Shown: positions 21,633-30,750, numbered from the stretch's first letter. The stretch: DNA of 64,000 bases from Thermodesulfobacteriota bacterium (GCA_965216785.1 OZ244197.1:2496001-2560000); one strand, 5' to 3'. The notes: generated by a model from the sequence alone, not told the origin. A program made the numbers and translations.

Positions 21633-22643
21633 TTATGTTTGGATACCCTTTTCAAAATTTGATCTTAAATTTTCCAACAATTCTTCCCAATCTATGCAGT
21701 AGTAATAATTACCCAAACTAGTCATACTGCTGAAATATTTATTTTTGTCTAAGGAATCCTTATCGTATCCAAGCCTAAACTTAAGAGAATTGAGAAAGCG
21801 CAAATCTAAGTATAATTCCGAGGCTTTATGAGTTTTTTCTTTAATGGCTAATTTTACTGTTGTGTCAATCTCTATAAGTTGAGCAAACGGAATACCAAAA
21901 CTATTGAGAGAGATATGGTTCTTAGTATCAGATATGTGAGTTAATGAATCCTCATAATATGCGTTACTACCCTGGGTGAATATTGCATAAATATCTAATC
22001 CAAGTATCTCGTTATAGACTTTCCTAACATCTTTGACAATATCCAGAATATATTCAGGATTATAAGTGTAAGAAACATTGCTTTCGAAGTGACCCACAGT
22101 CCAGTTGCTTTTTAGAATCACATTATCCGCAAATGATATAAAAGACACATCAGAATATTTTGCAGCAAGTTTATCAATCGCATCACGTAGATTGATCAGC
22201 TTTTCATAATTCAGAAGGCCATTCTTTAATGCATTTTTTACTCCGATCGCATCGATCCAACAAAATACTGAATATTGCCTCAAATGTAGATGTTCGTACC
22301 ATGAAGATTTAACAAAAATATGTGGTCTTTCACCATATATTGGACAACTCACACATGTGACAAATTGGTCCCTAGGTAGATCAATGGTGACTTCGTGGAA
22401 GGTGTACAATACATCTGGAAACCAAGATAGTTCTATTGAGTTCTCATTGATTCGTCGAGCTACAATATCACTTATAGGGTCTACGGAGACATATTCACGA
22501 GTAGAAAAACTATTAAGCATTGCATTCTCATAATCCTGCATCAAACTCTCATCCATCATATAGGATTCTTCGTTTTTAGGTACTTGGTCGAATTCATGAA
22601 CTACAAAACTCTCATGCTCAAACATTTGTATAACACTCCACAA
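21633..22643 (-). CDS. Hypothetical protein with a putative divergent class III nucleotide cyclase-like domain
   Basis: AT-rich ORF. SVFCWIDAIG, ISFADNVIL, YAIFTQG, FGIPFAQLIEID and ELYLD occur in the order and spacing of cyclase motifs. Confidence 0.5.
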   Translation of the reverse strand: MWSVIQMFEHESFVVHEFDQVPKNEESYMMDESLMQDYENAMLNSFSTREYVSVDPISDIVARRINENSIELSWFPDVLYTFHEVTIDLPRDQFVTCVSCPIYGERPHIFVKSSWYEHLHLRQYSVFCWIDAIGVKNALKNGLLNYEKLINLRDAIDKLAAKYSDVSFISFADNVILKSNWTVGHFESNVSYTYNPEYILDIVKDVRKVYNEILGLDIYAIFTQGSNAYYEDSLTHISDTKNHISLNSFGIPFAQLIEIDTTVKLAIKEKTHKASELYLDLRFLNSLKFRLGYDKDSLDKNKYFSSMTSLGNYYYCIDWEELLENLRSNFEKGIQT

Positions 22644-22650
22644 GAGTAGT

Positions 22651-23655
22651 TTATGTTTCTAATTGTAAATCATCTGGACTTAGTGCTTCAACTGCTGCAA
22701 ATCCCTTGGTTTTCTTGAAATTCATATTATGAACAAAATTTTTCATAGAATCTGAAGGGTCAATCTCATCTAGATTTAATCTTTCTAATGTAGCTCTTGG
22801 AATAGCAACAGAGAGTATTGGTTGTTCTTCGATATGGCCTGTGCTTGAATTTAATAGATTATCAATTGCAGTCACAACAACAGCATTTACAGGAAGCACA
22901 GAAAACAATTCATTCGCAACCCTCAGTACACAGCTACAAATATAATCTTGATACAGTTCATAATACTTTCCCATGGGCATTTTCTTGTAAGAAACTTTGC
23001 CACTTTTTAAAAGGCTTTTTGATTCGTCTGGAATTACATCTTCACCGTGAACATTGATTGAAGCTTCAATAATACGAGATTCCCCAATTTTAAAATCAAG
23101 ACCTGAGCCTATTTCGACTATCTCTGAAAATGGGTTTAACTCTTCTATGACTTCTAAATATGCATCAACTTCTTTATCAAATAACCTAAGTGCGAGGTTT
23201 TTACTATCTTCCCAGTCAGATTTAGCTTTATCGTATTCCTCTAATGCGAACTCGTACTCATCGTCATCTAAACTTCTGCTTTTTTCGATATCATTGTATA
23301 GATCATTCTTCTTTTTTTCTGTTCTCTTAAGCAATTTATCAAACATTCCGGGTTTATATGTTTCATGCAGGTTCTTCGCATTATCTTCGTTTTTTGAGTT
23401 CCGTACTGGTTCAGTAGGCGGCTTTGAATCTCTGATGTCAGCCCAATCAATCCTCTCTGAGTATTCTTTGTGAACCGATAACAATCTATCTATAAAATTT
23501 TCATATACTTCAACTTCATAAGCTGCTTGCTCCATTGCAGCCATTCGTTCTTCTTGCAACTGTTGTTTCTCAAGCGCTCGTTGTCTTCGTCGAGAGTCTC
23601 GCTCAGCAGCTTTAATACTCGAATTCACAGACCTTACAAAACCTTTCCAACCCAT
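22651..23655 (-). CDS. Hypothetical coiled-coil protein; C-terminal domain resembles that of DUF4236-type/Mrr-associated proteins
   Basis: Likely start ATG 23655 after AAAGGGGG; YQDYICSCVLRVANELF...TGH...ILSV...LNLDEIDPSD. Confidence 0.6.
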   Translation of the reverse strand: MGWKGFVRSVNSSIKAAERDSRRRQRALEKQQLQEERMAAMEQAAYEVEVYENFIDRLLSVHKEYSERIDWADIRDSKPPTEPVRNSKNEDNAKNLHETYKPGMFDKLLKRTEKKKNDLYNDIEKSRSLDDDEYEFALEEYDKAKSDWEDSKNLALRLFDKEVDAYLEVIEELNPFSEIVEIGSGLDFKIGESRIIEASINVHGEDVIPDESKSLLKSGKVSYKKMPMGKYYELYQDYICSCVLRVANELFSVLPVNAVVVTAIDNLLNSSTGHIEEQPILSVAIPRATLERLNLDEIDPSDSMKNFVHNMNFKKTKGFAAVEALSPDDLQLET

Positions 23656-23794
23656 TTTAATACCCCCTTTGCAGATATATAAAACAAGAATTACATAATA
23701 TTTGGGTGAATGCAAAAGTTAAGAAGATAATTGGCAGATTCTCACAAACAATACCAAAATATAGGGTTGGTTCTTGCTTCGCTAACTATTTTCA

Positions 23795-23831
23795 CCCCCA
23801 TCCTAACCTTCCCCCGTCAAGGGGGAAGGAA
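23795..23831. repeat. Palindromic REP-like element CCCCCATCCTAACCTTCCCCC-GTCAA-GGGGGAAGGAA
   Basis: Perfect 9-bp stem at 23807-23829 with a CCCCCATCCTAA leader. Confidence 0.65.
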
Positions 23832-23847
23832 GTATAAGAGAAAGGAT

Positions 23848-23875
23848 GAGATTCCGGCTCGTAGGCCGGAATGAC
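23848..23875. repeat. Palindromic REP-like element GAGATTCCGGC-TCGTAG-GCCGGAATGAC
   Basis: ATTCCGGC/GCCGGAAT stem; resembles dRS3-like ATTCC..GGAAT repeats. Confidence 0.6.
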
Positions 23876-23899
23876 TAAATGCTGTGTTAGACTTTTTGT

Positions 23900-25168
23900 A
23901 TGGCCAGTCATAGCTTTGACTACCTAATAATAGGCGCCGGGATATTGGGCTCGGCGGTAGCGTACTCCCTTTCAAAAAGGCTGAATGAAAGGGGCAAGGG
24001 GGTCAGCATAGGAGTTTTGGACCCGGACCTCGAGGGAGAGCACTCTTCCACCCTTAAAAATGCGGGAGGAGTGAGGGCTACCTGGAGGAACCGTGCCAAT
24101 ATCTCCCTGTGTAAATTCTCTATAGAGTTCTATGAAACGATCGCAAGCGAGATACAGTTCAGAAAGCTCGGCTACTACTGGATGCACGGCGAGCGCTCCT
24201 GGGAAGAGGTAAATGAGAACTATCCGCTGTACAAGGAATACGGCTTGCCCACAGAGCTTCACCCGCCCGGGAAAATCCCGGAGCTAATGCCCTTTGTTGA
24301 TAACTTAGAGGGGATCGCCGGGCTTTCGGTATCCAGAAGAGCAGGGCTCATAGACCATTATTCTCTAAGGCAGCTATACAGAAAAGGGGCGCGGGAAATG
24401 GGAGTTAGGTTTTTTGACCGCTACTACGTCGACTCTATGTCCCTTGAAGGATCCTGCGTTACGAAAGTCACCGCATTTGACCTTACAAGCAGAGGCCAGC
24501 AAGCCGGGGGGTTGCACGATGCCGTAAAAGAACTTCTCGTAACAGGAGACGCGGGTGAGGGGGGAAGCATAGCCGAGTTTACATGCGGCACTCTCATAAA
24601 CACCTCCGGCGCCTGGGCGCCCAGGATCTCCGCTCTTTATGGATTTAACGACGAAGAGATAAAACCAAGGAGACGGCAAATGGTGGTAATGAAGAGCCAG
24701 GACGTCGATCTATCCTCTTATGGAATGGTAATAGACACATCGGATATATATTTTCATAAAGAATCGGGGGACATTCTCGCCGGCTACTCCAACATGGACG
24801 AGCCCTACGGCTACAACTTTGAATTCAGCTTCGGCGGAACGGACGAGGAAAGCCAATTTGTAAAATACATCTGGGAGCCGCTATCTAAACGAATGAGCGG
24901 GTTCGAAAAGGTAAAGCTTGTAAGGGGATGGGCCGGGATTTACGCAGAGACGCCCGACCGCTCTGGGTATCTGGGAAAGGTGCCGGGCCTTGATAACGTG
25001 TATGAGTGCGCGGGTCATACCGGAAGGGGGCTTATGATCTCCTACGGCGCGGGGGAGGCGCTCACGGACCTCATTGTCGAGGGAGAGTTCCGAGAAGGGC
25101 TCGAGCATACGCATGATCTATCAAGGGAAAGACCCTCGGGCAAGCAGTACGAAGGACTCCACTTATAG
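23900..25168 (+). CDS. FAD-dependent oxidoreductase (DAO/sarcosine oxidase beta family)
   Basis: IIGAGILG, NAGGVR, GWAGIY..TPD and GHTGRG. Confidence 0.85.
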   Translation: MASHSFDYLIIGAGILGSAVAYSLSKRLNERGKGVSIGVLDPDLEGEHSSTLKNAGGVRATWRNRANISLCKFSIEFYETIASEIQFRKLGYYWMHGERSWEEVNENYPLYKEYGLPTELHPPGKIPELMPFVDNLEGIAGLSVSRRAGLIDHYSLRQLYRKGAREMGVRFFDRYYVDSMSLEGSCVTKVTAFDLTSRGQQAGGLHDAVKELLVTGDAGEGGSIAEFTCGTLINTSGAWAPRISALYGFNDEEIKPRRRQMVVMKSQDVDLSSYGMVIDTSDIYFHKESGDILAGYSNMDEPYGYNFEFSFGGTDEESQFVKYIWEPLSKRMSGFEKVKLVRGWAGIYAETPDRSGYLGKVPGLDNVYECAGHTGRGLMISYGAGEALTDLIVEGEFREGLEHTHDLSRERPSGKQYEGLHL

Positions 25169-25176
25169 CCGCGGCG

Positions 25177-25485
25177 CTACAGCTCGATCTGAATAGAGTC
25201 TCCGTCAATGACTACTTTATAACACCCAACGTTCTCTTCTGCCGGGGGCGTGAGTACTTCACCCGAGGTTATGTCAAACTTCGCCCCGTGCCAGGGGCAG
25301 GTGACAGTGTGTCCGTCAAGCTCGCCTTCACACAAGGGCCCGCCCACATGAGTGCATTCGTTATCTATAGCGAAGAACTGTCCGCCCGAATTAAATAGGG
25401 CTATTTCCTTGCCGTCGACCTCGACAAGCTTCGCTTCACCATCTGTAATTTCTCCAACTTTAGCTACCTCTACAGATTCAGCCAC
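25177..25485 (-). CDS. Rieske-type [2Fe-2S] ferredoxin
   Basis: CTH...CPWHG motifs. Confidence 0.92.
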   Translation of the reverse strand: MAESVEVAKVGEITDGEAKLVEVDGKEIALFNSGGQFFAIDNECTHVGGPLCEGELDGHTVTCPWHGAKFDITSGEVLTPPAEENVGCYKVVIDGDSIQIEL

Positions 25486-25499
25486 TGGATTTCTCCCTA

Positions 25500-25826
25500 T
25501 TATTCGTCCATAAACTGTATTGCTTCCTCAAACTCCTCGGCCATCCCCGGGTGTCCGTGCCTATTGGCCGCTTCTATGCCTTTTACGTAGGCTTCCCTCG
25601 CCATCTCGGGCTGCCCTAGGTTCATGTGGCACTCGGCCAGTATCCTGTACACAGCGCCCTCATCGTCTTTGATATTCAGGTACTCGTGTATAGCGGCCAC
25701 AGCCTCTTCATACATCTCGGATTTGTAGTACTCGTTTGCGAGCCCGAACCGCCCGAGCGGGTTTTGCGGGTCTCTTTCAATCATTGCTTTTAGCGCGTCT
25801 ATTTTACTGCCGGTCAATTTTATCAC
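25500..25826 (-). CDS. Tetratricopeptide-repeat protein
   Basis: DPQNPLGRFGLANEY..., two TPR-like helix pairs. Confidence 0.75.
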   Translation of the reverse strand: MIKLTGSKIDALKAMIERDPQNPLGRFGLANEYYKSEMYEEAVAAIHEYLNIKDDEGAVYRILAECHMNLGQPEMAREAYVKGIEAANRHGHPGMAEEFEEAIQFMDE

Positions 25827-25936
25827 CTGTTGTTTGTAGTTTGATAAATATATTACACAGATTGTTCCCCTGAATAAAATCCTGCAATTGACTGTTTGAC
25901 TTAATCCTGCATAATTGAGAGCTACTTAATCAGCTC

Positions 25937-26494
25937 ATGAACCACTCAATAAGATATAAATTAATGGACTTCCTGTTCCAGGCAATTGCCGTTAGGCAGT
26001 ACCTGATCTTCTCGGGCTGCTTCTTTGTTCTCACGGCTCTTGTAATGTTTATACTAAACGCTCAGATTATGCCCGCGGACTGCCCGGGAATGATATCACT
26101 TGAGCTAGCCTTCACAAAAGGAGCGCTGGGAGAGATTGTAAACGCGTGCGGCGCCGGCGGGGTGAGGGCGCACCAGGTAATGATTTGGGTCGATTATATA
26201 TTCATTATCTCCTACGTCGGATTCCTCGGGAACCTGCTGGGCTCTTTAGTTAGGCACATCGAGTATGAAAAGGCGCTTCTGTACTTTTCCCTACCCATTT
26301 ACGCTGGCGTGCTGGACGTCATAGAGAATACGCTTCTGCTGATCGAGCTTTCAGATACACAGAGCCTCAGCGGCATTCTGATATTTCTGGCTTCTATAGC
26401 CGCGCTGGTAAAATTCCTGCTTCTCATAGCGGCTATAGCTATCACGATTTACTATCTGTTCGAGCTTATTACAAAGAGGGCGGATTCAAGCTAG
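25937..26494 (+). CDS. Hypothetical membrane protein
   Basis: About 4 TM helices; SLELAF, DYIF and DVIEN motifs. Confidence 0.65.
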   Translation: MNHSIRYKLMDFLFQAIAVRQYLIFSGCFFVLTALVMFILNAQIMPADCPGMISLELAFTKGALGEIVNACGAGGVRAHQVMIWVDYIFIISYVGFLGNLLGSLVRHIEYEKALLYFSLPIYAGVLDVIENTLLLIELSDTQSLSGILIFLASIAALVKFLLLIAAIAITIYYLFELITKRADSS

Positions 26495-27294
26495 GCTATT
26501 CCGTTTCGCATTGAGAACTTCACAAGATCGACCAGGTTATGAATTTCGAGCTTTTTCATGATGTTGGCCCTGTGGGTCTCGACCGTCTTTACGCTTTAAG
26601 ACAGCTCCTCGGCAATACCCGAATTACTCAAACCGCTCGTAATTAACACGAGCAACCTCTGCTCCTTGGCGCTAAGCGTGTTGTACCGATCGTGCTCTTT
26701 ATCAAAGTCTTTAATAATGGTATCCGGCGCCAGATACATCGGGCTTTCGTAAACAAAGTTGTTTTCCACCACTGTCGGGTGTGTTTTCATGATCGAAATT
26801 AGATCCTGGGAGCTTATTTTATTTACAGGATACTGGTTCATCATTATTAGAGATTTCTCCATACATAGCTTGTTTAAAAATGCTTTCTTCCAAAGCCTCT
26901 CTTTATTGCTCAGGAAATAAAATAAATAGCTGTACATCACAAGCACCCTCACTGGGCTCCGTCCCTTCTCTAGTACTTTATCAAGACTAATCCTGAGATT
27001 AGAGACAATAGTGCTCGCTCTTTTATTCTCTTTTACAGAGTTTTTGATAATTATTTCTTCATAGGCCTTCGCACTCCCGTTTTCAGTACGTATTACACCG
27101 TTTCCTTCAAGCCTTGAGATAAGCTCTAGGGGCGCACGACGGTCGGATATAACAACACAAGTCAATTTACACTTGATAGAGTGTGCAAGAAACTTGGCGG
27201 CTATCTCGTAACACTCTGTATCGTTGTAATACAGATGACATAAGTGCTCATGTGCTTTAAGCGTGGGTAAGTACTGGAATATTGACTGTTGCAT
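26491..27294 (-). pseudogene. MEDS-like sensor plus LuxR HTH regulator, interrupted by an in-frame TAA
   Basis: HEHLCHLY (MEDS-like). The frame continues past TAA 26596-26598 as SVKTVETHRANIMKKLEIHNLVDLVKFSMRNGIA to TAG 26491-26493. Confidence 0.8.
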
Positions 27295-27296
27295 GT

Positions 27297-27636
27297 TTAA
27301 TTTATTCCCAGGCATCGCTCGTTCTAATTTTATTCCTGCTCTCGCTCACACGCCTCGTTCACTCGCGGTCCCCAGTCTCTGTCCCCATTCTTAATTTTAC
27401 TCCCCCGATCGGGCTTCGCCCTCCGGTCCGTCCCCATTTCGTCATTTCATCCCGCTCATCCTGAGCTCGTCGAAGGATCGCCTCTGTCCATTTATTTTAT
27501 CCTACGGGCATCGCTCCAAAGCGCTCGCCTCTGTCCATTTATTTTATTCCCGCCCCGGCATCGCTTGTTCTAATTTTATTCCAGCTCTCGCTCACACACT
27601 TCGTTCACTCGCAGCCCCCAGCCTCTGTCCCCATTA
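27297..27636 (-). repeat. Modular intergenic repeat array, copy 2 (7 units)
   Basis: Repeated TAATTTTA(T/C)...GCCTCTGTCC(CC)AT units on the + strand; internal duplication 27311-27388 vs 27557-27634. Confidence 0.9.
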
Positions 27637-28178
27637 CATCTTATCAATCGTATCTTTAATAATCAGAGCGGCGTTATGGATAGAGTCAATCCTTCGCAGC
27701 ACCTCGGCATCGTCTCCGGGCGCCCCTTCCTCGAGGAATAATTCGGTACTCCCGATAATTGCGGCAAGGGCATTTTCCGTCTCCTCAATCAGCTTCCTCT
27801 GAGTTCTGTGTTTATGGAGCGCAATCTCGATTGTCGTATAAAGATCCGTTTCTTGAAACGGTTTTAATATGTAACCGTAAGGATTTGTGGTCTTTGCCCT
27901 CTTAAGGGTCTTTTCATTCGAATAAGCCGTAAGGAATATGACGGGGATGTTATAAAGCGCGCTCGTATAACCTTAGCAGCCTCGGTGCCGTCCATCTTAC
28001 CCTCCAGCATAATGTCCATTAGAACAATTTCAGGCTCAGTGCGCTCCGAAAGCTCAATCGCCTCCTCAGCCGAGCGAGCGATACCCGTTACCGAATATCC
28101 AAGGTTTTGAAGTGTTTCCTCAATATCCTTTGCGACTATAATTTCGTCTTCCACTACAAGTACTTTGATCATTTTCAT
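27634..28178 (-). pseudogene. Response regulator (REC domain plus helical tail), frameshifted
   Basis: VLVVEDE..LMDIML..DG in frame 1. After about 27954 another frame gives YNIPVIFLTAYS..YGYILKPF...KM to TAA 27634-27636. Confidence 0.85.
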
Positions 28179-28198
28179 TTATTCACCATTGAATATTG

Positions 28199-29290
28199 TT
28201 AAGCTGCGAATTCGAGTCTGAACTCGGTTTTTTCATTACGTAAGAGCGATATCTTCCCCCTGAGCTGTCTGGATAGCGACGTAACAAGCTCTAGCCCTAA
28301 TGTGCCTGAATTGTCGATATCCAGATCCTCTGGGAACTTCACTCCGTTATTGCTTACGCTCAGATAATATTTATTCCCTTCCTTTCTGAAATCAATTTTA
28401 ATCTCGCCCTGCGGATGATTTTCATCATACCCGGATCTTGGAAAACCGTGGATAATCGCATTAGATACTAGCTCGTTAACAACCAGACCGCACGGGATCG
28501 CGGTATTTAAATCCAGATATATGCTCTGTGAATCCATAACGAAATTTATATAACCGCCGCCCACGCCGTATGAGTGAAAGAGATAGTTGGTTATATTTCT
28601 CATATACGCCGTGAAATCAATTTTTGAAAGATCCTTCGATCTGTAAAGCCCTTCATGTAGAGTGGCTATGGACCTAATACGGTTCTTACTCTCGTTAAAA
28701 GACGCGACTGCGTCTTGGTCTCGTATTTGTCTTGACTGCAGATTCAGGAGACTAGATATTATCTGAAGGTTATTTTTTACCCTGTGGTGTATCTCTTTAA
28801 ACAGCACATCCTTTTCTTTCAAAGACTGTTTTAATTCTTTCTCAATGTAGCGGCGTTCGAGGATTTCTTTAATCAAAAGTATATTCGCGTTCTTTAACTC
28901 GGAATCGTCAAAACGCTCCCGCTCACCAGAACCCTCATCATTCTCTTTACCGCGATATGGAGATACATAATGCCCGGAACCCAATTTCAAGCTCTCAATT
29001 CTGAGAATTAAATCGTCTTTTACGTATCCAAACTTGCTTCTCAGGCTCTTAAAATCTTCACCGTAAAGCTCATCGCCCTTTTTAGTACCCATTAAGTTAT
29101 CAAGCTTGATACCGATATCATTTATCTCAGACAATATATATGAGAGCTCTGCCAGCTCGCCATTATAGGCGCTTTTTCCCCCAGAACCACCGTTAGCACT
29201 GTTATTATCACAGTCTTTTTTTATTTGAATGTTCTGCTCGTCTTCAGACTTTTTCATTAGATAGGAAATTTCCGGATAATTTTTATTCAC
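28199..29290 (-). CDS. Soluble histidine kinase (HisKA_2 + HATPase)
   Basis: EIHHRVKNNLQ, NELVSNA, NNGV and TLGLELV; no TM segment. Confidence 0.88.
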   Translation of the reverse strand: MNKNYPEISYLMKKSEDEQNIQIKKDCDNNSANGGSGGKSAYNGELAELSYILSEINDIGIKLDNLMGTKKGDELYGEDFKSLRSKFGYVKDDLILRIESLKLGSGHYVSPYRGKENDEGSGERERFDDSELKNANILLIKEILERRYIEKELKQSLKEKDVLFKEIHHRVKNNLQIISSLLNLQSRQIRDQDAVASFNESKNRIRSIATLHEGLYRSKDLSKIDFTAYMRNITNYLFHSYGVGGGYINFVMDSQSIYLDLNTAIPCGLVVNELVSNAIIHGFPRSGYDENHPQGEIKIDFRKEGNKYYLSVSNNGVKFPEDLDIDNSGTLGLELVTSLSRQLRGKISLLRNEKTEFRLEFAA

Positions 29291-29826
29291 AATGTCATTA
29301 AAGATTTTTGGTATAGCAAATATTCTAGCATATAAAACAGTTTATATGCCAGTATATTTGAAAAATCAATAGTTTTATATATTACCCAACTACTAGACAT
29401 AACAGGCTGTTATCATTGCATAATAATGAAATATATACATAGTCACCCTAATTAAAATACAGCAAACACCCCATTGCCGCCTAGATGGGTTTTGCTATTG
29501 GAGTATAAACGGAAATTGAGGAGCCTTAGTATATTAGGTTATTTTTGATCCATGGAGAAAAATACATACAGTCTGATTGTATATAGCGTCAGAAAGAGTA
29601 ATGGCATAGAATATACTTTAAGTATATGACATAAGTATCTGTAACAATAGCATATATGTATTTATTCCATATTCTTTGTCAAATACTTTTTAACATTTAG
29701 CAAAAAATACCGTTTGTGCGGGAATTGCTAACATTCATTATTGTCACTCCCCATTGCTCTCACACTTCATACGTGCTAGAATGTAAACTCCTTAAATTAT
29801 CATATAATACAAGGAGGTTCGGTGTG

Positions 29827-30738
29827 ATGGGAACAAGTATAGGAATGGGTAAACCGGGCAGAGGCCTGGTTATAACGGTAGTGTTTTTAGGTTTTGCGCT
29901 TCTGGCGGGTTGCGCTAATCACCAGTCTGTAAACGACTTCAGCATGGGGACTTCTGAATTTGCGAGCTCATACGATAGTATGTATCCCGGCAGTTACGAT
30001 ACATGCCTTTCTACCGCTGAGATCAGAAACATAATCATGGAGCTCGGGGAAACACCCTCGAGATCTCCGCTAACTCAATTAAGTGACGACAAAGCTCAGT
30101 GCGCAGGGTTCAACTCCGCGACAGAGGCTTTTAGCCAAACATCAATCGGGTTATACGATTTCAGCAAGGCGCTGGAGCTGGTTGCCACAAGGAGCCAGCT
30201 GGGCTCAATCAATGAAGCTCAGTTCATACCCCAGTTCTCGGGAATTGACGAGAGTGCGGCAGAACAAGTACCGGAGCTCGGCGCTCACAGAGAGGAGATT
30301 GCTCAGGTCAATACATGGAAGGATTATTTCCAAAGCTTTTTTGTTCAGAAAACTCCCCAGGAGATGATACTTGAGACTAACCCTCAGGTTACCGCGACAC
30401 TCGCTCTTTTGAGCGTATTTTCAGATATTTACCAGGTGCAGCTCGACAACTACGAGAGGAACATAAAAGTGTTGGATACTCTTCTTTACGATGTACAGTC
30501 TGAAGACCCAGTGAAAAGAACTTTTGTCATGAACCGTTCAAGAGATCAAAATAGCCGGCAGCAACTTCTGAAGAACTATAACGAGGCGCTTCAGGCGGTG
30601 AAAGATTCCTACAAGAAAATTTACGAGCGCTCTGAGCTAACGAACCCTCATTATAAAGACCCTATATTCCAGCAGGACATGAAAGAGTTCTTGATCAAGA
30701 TATCTAACCTTATACAGCAGTCAAAAATTATTTCGTAG
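29827..30738 (+). CDS. Hypothetical helical lipoprotein
   Basis: AGGAGG at 29812-29817 favours a start at 29824 or 29827; lipobox LAGC. Confidence 0.65.
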   Translation: MGTSIGMGKPGRGLVITVVFLGFALLAGCANHQSVNDFSMGTSEFASSYDSMYPGSYDTCLSTAEIRNIIMELGETPSRSPLTQLSDDKAQCAGFNSATEAFSQTSIGLYDFSKALELVATRSQLGSINEAQFIPQFSGIDESAAEQVPELGAHREEIAQVNTWKDYFQSFFVQKTPQEMILETNPQVTATLALLSVFSDIYQVQLDNYERNIKVLDTLLYDVQSEDPVKRTFVMNRSRDQNSRQQLLKNYNEALQAVKDSYKKIYERSELTNPHYKDPIFQQDMKEFLIKISNLIQQSKIIS

Positions 30739-30750
30739 TTTTTTTGATAT

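Noticed and set aside
19769-23715. Prophage or integrative element around merR-dinB-islet
   Set aside because: No integrase, transposase, phage gene, tRNA target or flanking direct repeat was seen.
27297-27636. CRISPR array or integron attC array
   Set aside because: The repeats are degenerate and variable in length, the spacers are re-used at other loci, no cas or intI gene is present, and no attC-type RYYYAAC/GTTRRRY ends or cassette ORFs were seen.
27945-27962. Programmed -1 ribosomal frameshift in the response regulator
   Set aside because: There is no X XXY YYZ slippery heptamer or obvious stimulatory hairpin; a simple indel is more parsimonious.
29291-29810. Riboswitch or ncRNA in the long AT-rich divergent gap
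   Set aside because: Only a weak hairpin near 29463-29494 and no recognisable motif; most likely promoter DNA. An Rfam/Infernal scan would settle it.
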